A DNA stretch of 64,000 bases. It comes from Raillietiella orientalis. Its lineage: Eukaryota. The notes below the pieces were generated by a model, which worked only from the letters and a program-made list of their open reading frames with translations, was not told where the DNA came from and made no database searches. Of this stretch, positions 38,343-52,699 are shown in pieces. Both the position numbers and the translations under genes were made by a program. How positions within the stretch are numbered: the first letter of the stretch is position 1; each line of letters begins with the position of its first letter. The DNA lies in the NCBI GenBank assembly GCA_036172245.1, contig JAYWIR010000078.1, positions 248,001 through 312,000 on the forward strand, read 5' to 3'.

Positions 38343-40699
38343 GTGAGTGGATCATGCCGCTGGTAGGCAAGGTGCGAGTTTCTGAGGCATCAGGTGCTTA
38401 CCCTAAAGCTCTTGCATGCAGGCGTACGCCCGGGTAAGGGGCTGCACTCCATCTATCCGTGTGTGTGTGTGTCTTTTGTTCCCATATTCGTTTTCCTGCT
38501 CCGAATGGCGCTAGCGAAGCCCTCGCAGCATCATCAGTGCACACCTTATCGCCTTTCGAATGTGTGGCTTCAGAAAGTTCACATCTTGAGCGTGGTCCCC
38601 CTCGTGGAACCTCCGAAACTTGCCCTGTGTGCACGGGGCACTTAGCCTTCGAGGAAATCGCACTCACGAGGATAGATGGCGGCACATGAATGGCGATCGC
38701 AAAAAAGGAACGTCTCGTGGGACGTTCTTTGAAGAAGAAGAAGAAGAGAAAAAAAAAAAAAAAAAGGGATAGGAAAGCGGCGACGACGTTTGCCGCAATT
38801 TTCGTGTCATCAGCCTTGCCTTTCCCATGGCACAGCACGAAGAACCCACTTTTACGTCATTACTCTGCGTAAGGATGGTCGGAAAACGAGAACCACCCGC
38901 TCCAGCCACGGAGAACGCTTCAGGTTAACCTTGCCACTGTTCCGCTTCTCCCACACGATAGTGGATTCTGGATACTCACCCTGTACCGAGAATAAAGCGT
39001 AGGAGTGTGTGGGGTAGCGACGGTCATGCGATGCTTTCCGATCGCTGAGATGTCACGCGTGCTTCGAAGGGCACGTTTGGTCACTGCTGCTGGCTCACGA
39101 AATGCTCGTTTCCCTCCTTGCTGGATCGCTGCTCCAGTCGCTTCGAGCCGGATGCACTTTTGAGCTTCACGTCACATTTTGATGTACTTGCTGGATGTTC
39201 ATGCGTAAGCATTGGTACACGAGTACGGTACTACGCATGTTCCGAGAAGTCGATTTTCGTGCCATTCATCCCGATTGTATGACGGAAAATATCCGAAGAA
39301 ACTACTTGTTGATGTGAAAGTACAGTGATTTTGTATCAGACGAAGTGTCGACATCCCCGATCTTTCGAATTCGTCAAGGCAGTTGTTTTTGATGCAAGTG
39401 GCTGGAATTCCCCGCGAAGGAAATGATGTTTCCAAGCGTTTCTCCAGATGAAAAGCTTTGCAAACTTGCCTTATCATAACAGGAGCCACAAAAAATCGGA
39501 GCACGATCCCGGCGACATTTCCCCTTTGAAAAGTGCGAGCCTTTCGCAGAGGAACGATGCTCCAGGAAATCCGCTGTCTCCCAAAGAGGAAGGTGAGTCT
39601 CTCCCTGCAAACCGCTGTGAAGTTGGCGTTCGGAATGAGTGATGTACACGTAGGCCGTGCGAATCGGTACGTGTACACGGCGGAATTCGATTTTCGTTCT
39701 GCGAGGGCACGGATCGGTTGAGATTCTGAGGGGTGAAATCGATACCGTGGTGCATTCGCGTGCACGCCGCCGTGGGGTGATTCGCGTCTTCGCGTGGAGA
39801 TCCCGCTTCCCGCGCGGCGGATGTTCCCTCTCCCGTGTTCCTCTTTTCCCCGTGCAGCCTCCAGCTTTGTTCCCTGTGGGAAAAGGACGGTTCCGCAAGG
39901 CTGGAAAATTCCGTGTATTCCTCATCCGGGAGCGTACCCCCATCGCGCCTTGGGGAGAAAGCGATCTCTCACGTCACCCCTTTATCTGGCTGGTCCCCTC
40001 ACTGCAGAAGAAGGCTTGGCTTGTCGGAAATGTTCCTGGACGTGCGTCGAGCCTTCCGTGCGTGCCTCTTGCGCACCCATGAGGGCACGCTGTCTCTCTT
40101 GCCTGCGAGGCTGTCCCTGCCGAGTGACGACAACTCGGGTGGGGCTCCTAGTTTTTGCTCTGCGAGAGCAACCCGCCGCCCTGGGGTAGGCGAACGGATG
40201 GCGAGTGAGCTGCGTGACAATGCCAGAGGAATCCGGGGAAGCGGGACTGATAGAAGTCTTCCCCTCTCCCTGCGGAGCCATCAGGGCACACTCCTTTCCG
40301 TTCCTCTGAGTTCTCCTATGCAAGAGGATCCTTCGAGTTCCGCGGTACCCCTTCCAACCCGATCGAGGAGCTCCTGCTTTCCCACGACCCCTGAGCCCAT
40401 GTGTCCCAATCGACACCGCTGTGGCGCCCCTCCCCCCTTCCCCACCCCCTCCGAGGTGGTAAGCAATGCCTAGCGATGCCCAGCTACGAGCTCACGGGTT
40501 CGTTCGCTTCCTCACCGAGAGAGTGCAGTAGGAGCGAATCCCAACAAAGGAAAGGAAAGGAAAGGAGCCGTGGTTTCACCCGCCGCGCTACGATCCAGCG
40601 GTCCAATCCATCTTTCAGCTAGCTGCGCGTGTTGCGTGCGCTCCGCGCCGTCGAATCCAGGCACGCGGGGCCCGTCCCGTGCCAGCCGTTGGGAAACGC

Positions 40700-41000
40700 G
40701 CCCGCCTCCACCTTTCTCTCCCTCTCTTCCCGACCTCCCCACGTCTTTTGCGTGTAATCGCGTGCGCACCCCGTTGGGTTCCTCCTCGGACGTGCGGCCG
40801 AAGCCTCATCGAATGTCCGGGAAGATGCTCTCGGGAATTCGCATCGGGATGCCGAATGGCAGGCAGGCCCCGATCCCGGACGCATCCCAAACAGGTCCCC
40901 GCTGCATGAAAATCGATGCCCGCGCATTCAACGGGAAACGGGGTCATCCGCTGCTCCGCAGTGCGCGAGGAACTGGCAGGATCTGGGCTGTGGGGACGGC
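40700..41000 (+). mobile_element. L1/Tx1 ORF1-like relic (intronic)
   Basis: KMLSGIRIGMPNGRQAPIPDASQTGPRCMKI...GTG fits +SG.R.+.M....IP....G...+.Y.G...C..C..GH. Confidence 0.4.
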
Positions 41001-42369
41001 GGCGAGTGGGGCGCTTGCCAGGACGGGATTCCCCCTGAGGGAAGGCGGTCCCCAGGGTCGGCACGTTGTCCCACTCTGGAAGAAAGCGGGAATTCGTGGC
41101 GCGTGTTGGGACGCCGCGGCCCCTTTCCTGAAGAAGGAGGAGGTCAGGATGAAGCACCAGCGCCGTTGCCAAGAGACTCTTGAACCGAGATGATGAAAAG
41201 GGAGGACGATGAAGATGGGAGGGGGAGGATCGGGAGAGGAGGCAGCGACGGCGGCGAGGAGGAGGAAGGAGGGAGAGGGAGGTGTTGATCGTCATGGAGA
41301 ACGCGCTGCACCTCCGCGCAGGCGCTGCTGTCGTCACGCCAAAGCCGACCACTGCGGGACGCCCTTCCCCGCGACTTGCGTCACACGAAGATCCTCTTCC
41401 GGTTCCCACTCAAAGATACATCTCCGTCCGGCGGCGGTAGTGAGGCTGCATCGATCTACACGTCCAGAAAGCCTCCGATCTCCGGATTTTTCGAATTTAT
41501 GGCTTCAGCAGCTGTCACGGAGACGGGGAGATGGAAGCTCCTCTTCGTGAACCGAGGCAGGGGGAGCCCTTCACACATTTCCAGACGTTCCTGGAAATTT
41601 TCACGTGCCCCGAGGAAAGTTCCCGAATTTCCCTGTAGATCGAGGGTGGGTGCCTCTCCCGCCGCGCCCTCTGCGAAAGATCCTCCGCTCGACCTCCGAC
41701 GACGACCTGTCCCTCCCGTCTTGACGTCGTCACCACCATCCTGGGGAGCTCCCTCATGGGACAGGCCTTTCGCCTCGAGCCAATGCATCCCCGACCGCCT
41801 CCGGAGGGATGCAGAGAGAGACGACGGTCGGTCTTCGGGCTGCATGTGCATCCGGGGGTGCTTGCTTCTTCGGGGCGGGAGGAGGTTACTGCTGCTGCGG
41901 ATAATGATGATGACGACGATGATGATGATGAAAGGGCTATCGAATCTTCTCGCCCTCGGATGGAGCGGCGAAGATTCGATCTCCGTTTTCGAGGAGATTC
42001 AATTGGGTCGCGTGGTTCTCCCAGAATCACTACACCGTAAGGAAACGGAGAGCGCGAAGAATTGGCACCGCAAAGGGAGGGGGGGAGGAGGGTCAAGGCG
42101 AACCAAGGGGGTGGTCAAGGAGAAGCTCTTTGCGTAAGGAGGAACCTTCGTTTGCTCGCTTCCTGCCTGTCGCGTTTCCCGACATGGAGAGACGCTTATG
42201 ATGTCACCGGAAAGAAAACCGGTCGACGGAGGAACGGCAAGGTGGGACGGGCGCTTCCCCGGGAAGCACGCGCAGTCGGGGCGGGGTCCGTCGCCGCGCT
42301 GGGGGTGTCCTTCGTGTCTCCTCTCCATCGGGTTGCTTGCGGCACTCTGGTCGAGAGGTGCTTGGCCTT

Positions 42370-43892
42370 CTAGCTGAAAGGAGGAGTACATCTGTTCCGT
42401 GGGCTCCCTGACGAACATGGAGACGGGGGCTGCAGTCATCCTGTTTGGAAAGAGTGGGGCCGTTCCCTACTGATCGGAAAGAAGGTCCTTCGCGTGAGAC
42501 CCATGGAGGATCGAAACCGGCTTCCCGAAAAAAGGATTCTCCCATCCTGCTCCCCTTCCCTTTCCCTCCTGACTCCCACATCCAGATCGCGGACTGCGGC
42601 CTCTTGCAGGTCCCCTTGGAAACGCTTCCAGGAGCTCCTTACCCCCTCATGTCTGGAAGGCTTCCGCTAGAACCGCCTCAGGGGAACATGGAACATCTAG
42701 CGTGCTAGTCCCGCCGTCGGGAGGGTGCATGGCTTTGCTCACTTCGAAGGCGGCGCCACACCGAGGGTGCAGCTACCGGAAGTGGATCGCTGTCGGGCTG
42801 GTCGCACAGAGGTCACCGGGCCGAAAATCTCCCTCCTCGAGCCGCATGAACGGATCGCAGCGTCTCCCGAAATGAAAAACGGCCTCAGGAGTGTGCAGGA
42901 GCAGGAACCTTGAACCAAGATGCCCGACAGCGAACCGAGGCAGGAAGGAGGGGACGCCGGAGGGAAGGGAAGGGCTGGGTCGCGCGCTCGCGAGCTCTGA
43001 GGGAGATAGAGGCTCAGCCTCCCTGGAGGAAGAGCCTTTGAAAGCACGCGGGAGAGGCGACCACGGTCCCTGCGGAACCTCTGCGGGAATCTTCCCGAAC
43101 CCCTCGGAGGGAGGATAACCCGCGAGTTTCCCACTTTTCCTGTTCCTGGAGCGCTCACCTGTCGCACGGGACCGAGGCAGCACGCAGTGCCGGGGGAGAA
43201 GGGGGGGGAACCTCCTCGAAAGCTCCGCGGGCGGTGGCACAGCCAGGGGGCGAGCTCAGAGAAAAGGGAAGCCTCGTGTGCCTGTAGCGCTCTTGGGACC
43301 CTCCGCGGACGATGGCCTGGGGAGAGCGACTGCAAATGGGCGAGACGATGCCCGGGAAAAAAGTCCCCCTCAGGCGAGCCTCGGTCGGGAGAATTCTCCT
43401 GCCCGAGGAAACGGGCGGGGGGCGGAGCAGGGAAAAGGGAGCCAGTTCCGAACTCTTCCTGGAGGCTGGGGAGGAAAAGTTCGACCCTAGCTTTGGAACC
43501 TGTCGGCGTCCCGGGCGAGGACGGAGGGAAGCGGTCCTCAGTTCCGGGAATTCGGATTTTTGGACCGTCGTCCCGAAACCCCACGGGAGGCAAACGTCCT
43601 TTTCCGGGGAGTGTTGCAGCCTCCGCCTTCCTGGTCACTTCTCGAGGGTCGCCGGTGGTCCGTGAACCCCAGCTTGCCTGTAGAGATTCCGAAGGGATCC
43701 AGGCGCAGCAGCGAGTGATCAGCGGGGTTTTCGTGACTCTGGTCGAGAGGCTCATCAGCCAGCAACAGCTCCCGGTGAGGCAGGTGGCGTGCCGGAACCT
43801 TGCAGCAGCTGCCTACGCAACAAGGTTCCGGCTGTTCTGTTCTTTCGGGTTCGCGAGGTGAGTAGGGGGGGGATATTTAAAAAAAAAAAAAA
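42370..43892 (+). mobile_element. ORF1-like retroposon relic ending in a hairpin and poly(A)
   Basis: EEYICSVGSLTNMETGAAVILF and CRSRNLEPRCP remnants; 12-bp hairpin GCCGGAACCTTG...CAAGGTTCCGGC (43791-43832); A-run at 43879-43892. Confidence 0.4.
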
Positions 43893-43952
43893 GGGCCAGA
43901 GAGGGAGATTTTCCGCAGTTTCCGCAGTTTCATTGATTTTTTCATCTTCGAT

Positions 43953-44640
43953 GCCCGCGCTGGTGGTCGCGCGGCTGCGATATCCTCCGCGCTTGGCACC
44001 GGGCGTCGCACGGATGCGAATCCCACCCGGGGAAGGATCGACTCGGGAGAAATGGGTGCGTCATGGGTTTTGAGTTCCCTTCCCCCCTCAAGATGACGCT
44101 GCTTGGCCCCATGGACTTCGGGTGCAGTAGCACTGGTGCAAGCCGGAAGCCCCGTTGATCGACCGGGAGTGAAAGTCGACCTTCCGAGGTTCTTCCAGGA
44201 ATCAAGGAGCGCCGGTTCCCTTCGATTATGAAAATGGAGACGAGCTTCTTTCTCCGAGGGGGATCCCTCTACATCTTGTACCCCACGGAGCTGCTGGTGG
44301 ATTGATGATGCTTCTCCAAAGTGTGAAGAAGCGCGCTGCTGCTGCCTCCGGAGAGCGGCTCTTCAGATAGAAGTCGGGAAGCGTCCCTTCGGGGATCTCT
44401 TCGGAGGAGGAAATAGGGAACAGTCTTCCCTTCGGGGTTCCTTCCCAAGCGCGAGAGGAATGGACTCCTTCCTCCGGAGTCCTTCCTGGACTTATAGGGC
44501 GGTCCCCTTTAGGGGGTACTTCCTTCAACTTGAAGAAGAGCTGCACGCGCTCTCGGGTGGACAATTTTAAGGAGCTTCGTGAGCCCTCAGGCGGACGGCG
44601 GTTCTTCAGTACTGAGCGAACCAAAAAAAAAAGAAAAGAA
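43953..44640 (+). mobile_element. uninterrupted tRNA-derived SINE (~670 bp + A-tail; copy D, empty target site)
   Basis: A-box-like TGGTCGCGCGG (43964-43974) and degenerate B-box GCGAATCCC. The body is collinear with 60795-60968 joined to 61891-62331. A-rich tail at 44623-44640; GCACTGGT at 44130-44137. Confidence 0.7.
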
Positions 44641-45429
44641 ACCCGGAAAAAAAAACTGGAATGAAAACAGCGAAGACGGAAAAGAACCCAAGGGGATTTG
44701 TGTCATCGGGGGACGAAGGGTGCTCGTTCAAGGGTGGGGATATCGCGCGTCGAGGTTGGCTGGCAAGGGCTTCGTCGAGAGAGCTGAAGGTTCGACCTTC
44801 TTCTCTTCACGGGGAGGGTTCTCGCCGCTGGACCAAGGCGAATTAAAAGGTCGTTGGTCCCCTCCTGGTGACTTTGCTATCAAGTCTGAGCTTCGGAATG
44901 AGATTGCCCCAGGGGGGGAAGACTGGCTAACTCGGGGAGAGGGGGGGCATTCGTTGCGAGAGAGAGAAGGCGACACTTGGTGCTCTTTTCCCCCTTTCCC
45001 CCTCCCTTTCCCCCTCCCTTTCCCCAAGACGGACAGTGGCATCCCTGGCATCAAAAGGTGAGACACGTGATGGAAAAGAAGACGCAGGGGGGTCTCGCGC
45101 TGAAAAAGGATCCGGAGTGCCTTCGGATGGTGAGAACTGAAAGGCTGAGATGGATGAGAGGTGGCCGTGAAAAGCGGTAACGCCAAGAAACACCCCGCGG
45201 GCATGCGAGCAGACGCCCTCTCACGGATACACCAGCACGTGCTAATCTGAGCATCTTGGCGCTTCAAATCTCGGGCTGAGTCCCAGCGTAGGATTCACTA
45301 GAGGGCAGTGCTAGTTTCAAGGGACCCCCCCCCCCCCCCTACAAAAGCCTCCGTCGCTGCGCTTGGACGTTTCGGCGGAAAGTTCAAGGTCAAAGGAGAG
45401 AGCGGCCGAGCAAGCATCAACAATCATCA

Positions 45430-46374
45430 CGTGAGTCTCCACTTTACCAGCCTCATAAAGCCAAATGATCCGGCTGCAAGCAGGATGAGCAGCGCCCAGC
45501 TCTTCTCTTCCAGAGAAACCTGCTGGTTTCCAAAGAGGTTTCGGCCCCGCACATCGACTCCTTGCGTCTCAGCGTTTGCGACGGAGAGACAACTGTCTGG
45601 ATGCAAGAGCGCAGCAGGGCGTCCATCCCAGAGAACCTCACCGGGTGTAATTTTCGTCTCGGCATGCGATGAGCGCAGTGGGTTCTGATCCCGTGACTCT
45701 TGGTTACCGCAGCTCCGACGCCAGGGAACCACAGCTGCCTCCCACCCAATCCTCGGATGATGGATCTTCGTGGTGAACCGGCCGGTTGCAGCGCTGAGCC
45801 CCATCGATCCATCAGCCGGGGGTTCGTTGCTGAGAATCCGCAGGCCTCTCAGCAGCGTGACGCGTGCACGACAAACAGAAGGGGGGGGGGGAAGGAAGTG
45901 ATGGAAATCCCCAAGGAAGATCACGTGGTCAATCTGGGAGAGTCGCCAGCGTCCAAAACGCTCGCCTGCGGAAAGAATTTTTCGAAGGAGGAGTGCGCCT
46001 ACCTCGGGCACGGAAACTGCCCTTCGGCTAACCGTTGCCAGGTGGGGCAAAGACGGGCAAGAGACTCGCGAGTCCCACGGAAGGCAGCCAGGTGGTGGAA
46101 TGGAACGGTCCGTGATCCTGCGAGGAGCTTCCACGTCAACCCCAGGTTCATCTCTGCAGGCGCTCAGGAGAAAACGTGTCCTTCATCGAAGGAGAGGGGG
46201 AGGGGAGGGGAAGGTGGGGGGGAGGGTTGACGGTGATTGCAGGAGCTGAATCGCACGGAAAAGCCGCGCCTATTGAACGCGTCCCTTCGGTTTACGCGTT
46301 GAGCTGGGAACGCGTAGGTGCATCCGTGCACCCGGGACGTGCACGTGGGAACACTTGCATCACGGAGCGGTGTT

Positions 46375-46405
<31 letters not shown>

Positions 46406-47300
46406 AGGCTGCTGAGCGCAGCGTGAGAGTGGAGACGTGGATCAGAAGTCTGAAGCAGGTGCGGAAAGGCTCCCTCGGCTCGGATACGGCTTGACCGCAA
46501 CGACAGTTTCGCTCCCTCGCCACGCTCTGGGAATGGGCAAAGGAGTCAGCTGTCAGGTCGCGGAAGCCCCGCTTGCCTCAGCGTGGGAGGAGACGCGGAG
46601 AGCCAAGCCGTGCTTCAGTTGTAAAAACGGTGAGCTCTGAGGAGATGAAAGTACTCCTTGTCGTAAGAGTGAAGGCGCGGAAGTGGCGCCTGCTATCTGA
46701 AACTCAGGGTGAAGGGTGCTCATACCTTCCTTCCTTTTTTTTTTTTTTTTTTTCCTCTCTCCGAGGACTGCGGAAGGATCTTTTTTGGTTCCTCTTGATT
46801 TTTCCGAGTGCCTTCTCGGATCCGGACTGCCCCGTAATTCAGCCTGGATCATCTTTCCCGAACGTTTCTGGATGAACAGGAAGAAATTTTTTTTTCCGGG
46901 AGTCACCCTGTCGGGTTCCTCTGACGACGCAGGGTAAGCGTGGAAGCAGTGGACACTCGAGTGGGGAGAACCGTCGCAGGAACTGCGGGCTTGTGAGAAG
47001 AGGCATCGCGTCGGTGGCAGATCCGGAACAGATGTTGCAGACGTTGAGAGCAGACCACCTTCGTCTTCCCTCGGATGGAACGGGGATCAAAAACCTGCAA
47101 ACCTGTGGATTCACCTGTGAGGGAAACGGAATCTCTGGAGAGATTAGGTGCTCCAAGAAGCACCTGGAGGGTTTCGTCCTCTGGCTCTGGGCACCGAGCT
47201 TGCCCACCAGGGAAACCGAAGACGAAAAGAGAGGGGCACAGCGAAAGGAAGAAGGAGATTTTTCCCGCCCAGTACTTCGGGTCGGAAACGCGGGAGAAGG
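45430..47300 (-). mobile_element. degenerate L1/Tx1-like element: ORF1-like part followed by possible AP-endonuclease remnant
   Basis: EDETLQVLLG...TGESTG...VCNIC (46950-47200), then SQIDHVIF (SRIDY-like, ~45920). Confidence 0.35.
46371..46405. repeat. (TTG)n microsatellite
   Basis: About 10 contiguous TTG units. Confidence 0.95.
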
Positions 47301-50300
47301 TCGCAGGAAGTGGACGCGGCCGTGATCGGAGGACACTCGCCGCGACCTCAAGGGCTTCGGCGGACGGTGACGCGCCCGACTCCGCTCCGGGTTTCGCATC
47401 CAAAACCCAAAGGGAGTTCCCGATCTTGTCCCAAACCTCAAGAATCCCTCTCGTTTGCGTCAACGAAGATGCCAGTACTGATTTTTTTTTTTTTCTCTTT
47501 CTTTCTTTTTCCGAGCGGAAATTCCACTTCTTTTCTAGAACGTTCTCCTTCCGCGCGCTACCATCAGGGACTCGGAGCATCGATCAGGAAAGGGAAAGAT
47601 CAATTACAATGATGCAACTATTGAAAAAGAGGATGTACAAAATATAAGAATATGCTTGCGCCCCTCGCACCACACACACACACGATGTTTGTTATGGGAA
47701 GTGACGATGGCTAGAGGGTGGGGAGGGGGGGACAGGAAAAAGTCGATGATCTAATGAAGGAAATACCTCATTAGATCATTAACATTTATGAATATGGACG
47801 GGAGAAAAACGAGGCAGTCAGTGATAAATGTTTGCCTTGAGGCCCGCTGGGGTGACATTTGCCGGAGCGTTGTGAGCGCTCACAACGCGCGTTCGGAGCT
47901 TCCGAAACTCGCATCCTCCTCGCTTGGCAACGGGCTGTTTTCGTGACGCGTGAAGATGCGGAAAGTTGTTCGAAGGGAGAAAGGGAGAGAGATCCCCGAG
48001 CCGAGGTGTGCTTCCCTCGTGGCTGACGACTAACGCCCCTGCGCGCGTCCCGGCAAACACGTCCTTGTGACTCAATAATTCATTAGCAGTTCCATTAAGT
48101 CACAGTGCATTTTGCCGCATCGGCTGTGAGTTCACGAGAAGTGGCTGCTGCCTCCTCCCTCCCTCCCCCCGTGAGTGAAGCTGCGGAAAGCGCAGCTGAG
48201 AGAAGGACCTGCACAACTGCTGATTTCTCTCACCATGCGGTTCGCGCAAAAGACGTTTGAGGCAGCGGAAGGAAGAGCGAATTCTTCTTCTTCCGCGACG
48301 TGAAGTCCGCATTCGCAGCCATTGGTAGAGCAGGAGGTTCCTGGGCAGGCCGTTGCTAGGCGTTCGAGAAAGGGGGAAGGGGAGGGGCGGGGGGTTGGGG
48401 GAGGGAAGAGCTCGTGATAAATTGTGGACTGAGAATCGTGAACTCCGGAAAGAATGATGACGATCCTCCTGCCATTGGTGACGCTGAGAACAACGCTCAT
48501 TTTTCAATGATGCCGTGACGCGATCTGCCGTTGCGATTCGGTTCGCCGTGAGCATGCAAAAAGCGCGCGCCGTCGAAAAACGAAACTCGTGGATGAAAGA
48601 GAGATGCGGAAACGAAACGGAAATTTGTGAGCCCTGGAATTCAAAAAACAGTTTCATGAGGCAAGCTACTGTGGCAGATGGACCTGTCTGACGGAACTGC
48701 AAGAGCGCGAATCTTTCATCCGTTATCAGTATTGGCTGTATTGCTTACGAGGTTCACCGGGAGATGCATGCATCACGTACTCTGTAGGAATTTGGATTGC
48801 TGGGGTCTTCGCTTCATGTCTGGACCAAGATGAGCACTAAGCAGTGTTCATCCTCCTCCTCTCCCTTGTTTCCCAAACCTTACGTCACTTGTCCCTTTTT
48901 TTTTTTTGGATGCCGTACAGAAGCACTGATCAAGGGTGGCATTCGCAATGTAGTGAGTCAGTCCATTCGCATGTGCCACCCCTTTCACAGGTTGCAGCCG
49001 GACTGCGTTCTGGGAAGAAGGGGAAAGACTTCCACGGTGAACTCACTCTTCCAGCTCGTGGAAGCGATGTAATAACTCCGTTTCCTCTTTGGAAACGAAA
49101 AACGCATGTAATGGTACACCTCTTGCATGACCGATTAAACATAGGTGAGATGCAAAAATCATAGGAAATTCCGGCGTGTGACGGGCGCATGCTCGAATCT
49201 GATCTGCAGCACGTTCTTTGACAAGATTGAGCAAGAGATCAACTGCTAGGATAGCAATGCAAGATTGCTGACGCTCACGGCAATCGTCACTATCATCCCC
49301 CCTCCCTTTTTTTTTTTTAAAAAAAAAATTCTTTGCTTCGTTTCTGCCCACATTTTCCCGAGATCTCTCTCTCGTGATGACATAGATGACGAAATGGTAC
49401 TTTTCTGCTTCCATCATGGCTCGCGGCACTCGAGAGGGCTATTCAAGTCGTCTTCGGAAGGTCAACGCAGCTTTCGATGATGCAGTGACATTTAGCAACC
49501 ACTTGTTGCCAGTCAACTATTTAGTAAGCACTTTCAGTGTCGCCGTTGACTCCGGGTCTTACTAAACGGGGAACGGTGACCATGGCAGCCTCCACCTTTC
49601 CTCCAATTTTCGGCTAGCCAATTCTTCTTGAGTTGTAGTGGTTAACCCTACTTCGAGTAGCGAGGCAAATGGGAGGCTTTGTCCCTCATTTCTTGTTTTG
49701 CTCGAGAGACTCATCTTTACTCAAAGCCTCCGGATTCACTGATGTCAACTGCCGCTCGTATCAGGGTTTTCTATGACCTGCTGTCCTAGCTACTACTCGA
49801 CCCGCTACTAATGCTAATACTAAGAATCTTGCTGAGACTGATGCGTTCAATGACGCCAGTGTGGCTGGGAGCTGAGTACTGTAGCTATTTCCACCGCCCA
49901 TGCTGGGGCTGTTGGCAAGGCCTTCACCAGCAGGACGCGATGTAGAGGTCGATAAATGCTATGGCCAGGAGGCAGATGAGGAATTTAGGCAAGAGGTTGT
50001 AGAGAACTATGGGAAGACTCAAGATGTCTTGTTCCCTAAAGATGTACATAACTCGAATCTAAGGACTTTCAGCCTCGTCAAGACCGATCAAAGCAAGAGC
50101 TGCCTCATGTCCGCTCGAGTTAACATGGCAACAGACTCATCGCTAGAAAATGAACGGGAGCAGCTTGGAGAGTTACTGAGGTGAAGATTTAGCAGCTGAG
50201 TGAAAGCAATCGAGTTGATAAGTGGGAATCTGAACCTAGGATCGCCGTATTGAAATCGGGAAGTGTATCTTAAAGAATAGCAAATGAAACTTTGAAGCAA

Positions 50301-52699
50301 AAGATTCGGGACCAGAAAATTTTAAGCTAAAACAGGTCCTTTATCCATCTGACGTTCTACGACACCTAGCACTGAAGCGCTGCGCAATCTGACGGAAGTT
50401 ATCCCAGAGGGTGGTCATCGGCAGTGAAGTCGAATTATTCACCAGAGAGCGAATCCTTGCTAAATAATTCTATTAGACAGTACAGGCAGTTAGCTAAACC
50501 AGCAAAAACAACCCGATACCTTATATACATTATGTATCCCTAAATGCAAGAGATGCTATTCAAATATGACTGTAGTAGTGAATACAACTTCTATTAATCT
50601 TAGTGGCTTTGAATGAAAAGGCGGGGACCAAACCTTCCCCTCTGACTCCTTGTGCGTTTCCACTTGGAAGACCAGAAGTATCTCCCAGAGTAACAGCCTG
50701 AAGAACGATTATGAATGATGAACATAAAGCTGGTGGGGACGAGTAATATAAACTAATATGCTTCAATGTGTTAACTAAAGTGAATTTGGGATTAACATAT
50801 GAATACGTTAAACGTAGCTTTCCGAAGGGTTCTCCATACCTCAATTTCAACAACGATTTTGTTTGGATATTCGTTCAAATATTTGAATCCGCTATCATTT
50901 TTTTTTTTATTCTGCGTAAAACAGACACAGACGAGTTTTTTTTTTTTTCTTTTCAAGTGTGGATGAGTTTGAAAAGAGAGGGGGGAAAAAGCATTTCCAG
51001 AACTCATATTATTTAATGGTAGAAACAAGTGCTAGGCATCTCACATTTACCTACACATTAGTCACGTAAAAATGATCGGAAGGAAAGAAGGGCGGTATTT
51101 TTACTTTTATTCTTTTGAAGGAAGAGAAGTTTAGGAGGAGGAAAGTATTGCTAAGCATCCACTCAGAGTTTGCTATGTTTATTTATGTATTGCCATATAT
51201 GTAGTTGCCGGACCGTCCTGAGGGGTAGTCGCACCGACGAACCTAAAAATTGCTTGGCCATGATGGAATGAAGTCTAGTGCCCTATTTATTTGCTGTGAA
51301 GTAGGAGTTCCTTGTTCTTCCAGACACATATTTTTTATTGGGTCACCATTGACACAACAGCCGGAATTTCTAAAATAGGATTCCACCAGCGACACGAAAG
51401 CAATAGTCTAATGAACGGTGACAATGAGAAACGTTTAATGCGCATGTGGTTCATTCAGAACCTCTGGAATCCCCTCGACGCAGCTCTATGGAAAATAGAG
51501 ACGAAGATAGACGCAGTCCAGACTGGCAATCGGTAATAAAATAAATATGAACAGAAACATTTTCAGCTGAGCGCATATGGTAAAGAAATGCATGAGCAGC
51601 CAGAGGCTGTCTGTGCATGCTCACTGCAGAGCTCGTAAATCCCCGCGTGGATGCGACCGTGTCAAGTTCCTCGCGCGCGTAAAAGTGGAGCCTAACCACG
51701 TTGGCTCGGTGTGGTCGTTCGGCAAAACGACGACACGAAAACGACGCAGTTTTAAAAAGCGGTTGCGAGCCATGTGAAAGAGGCGCACAGGATGTAATGG
51801 TCCACCAGCTGGCACCGGTACCTGCAGTGAGATATGGATGCAACGGGTTAGGATAGAAATATGGAAGGAAGCTTCATGCAAAGTGAAAGACTATTCGCCA
51901 CGCATTCATCCATTATGCTTAGAAGATATCGTGCTGTACGCTGCGTTTTTCCCCATACCCTCGTGGTTCTGGGAGTAGGAAAGTGTGTTATTTCCAGTCT
52001 ATGAAAATGCCCGTAGCTGCAAAAAATCCGGATAAGAAAGTGGGGATTGAATTGTTCCACGAGAGCTTTCCCGCTGTCCTCCTATTTGGCTGTTAGCCAG
52101 ATTCGGCTGATTTCAATTCCCGATCCTTTTCGGTGAACTCTTTGAGGAATGGCTCGAATGGCGGTCGGGTTTCCGTGAATCCTCACGTGCTTCGGGAACG
52201 TTTTCTCTCTTGCTTCGGTCGTCAGATCGCATGCAATTTTTTTTCGCGTGTGTTTCTCCCTCTCTCCCTCTTTTTTCCCTGTCTCCGTCTGAGATCACGG
52301 ACATAGAATGCCGTGGCAGTCTCTTCCGTCCCGCGCCCTCGTCCGCAGCCCGCTTTTGCTGCAAGCAACGCCTCGCGTCCACGAAAAACACGGCAAGCGT
52401 GGAACACACGGCTTCCCCGCGTTTCCTTGGGGAAAGGTCAGGTCCACAGCGCGAGAAAAGGACGCAGGATCGCGCCGACGGCAGAAAGGCCAGCGCAGAC
52501 CTTTCGATGGTTGGCAAGGACGAATGCGGAGGGGAGGAGGAAAGGAAAACGAAACGAAAGTTCCTGGTTTCGTCAAGAAAAAAAGTGAACTGGTAGGAAC
52601 CGTTGGCACCCATGGGAAGGGAGGGGGTCTCCGGGGGCCTGTGGTTTCCGTGGGCTTCTAGGAGAAAAAACCGAGTTGGGACGAGCTGTCGAGGAAGAT

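Noticed and set aside
42739..43755. 338-aa minus-strand ORF (also the 373-aa ORF at 52113-53234) as host genes
   Set aside because: Pro/Arg/Ser-rich translations of GC-rich TE relics inside a rad intron; no coherent domain.
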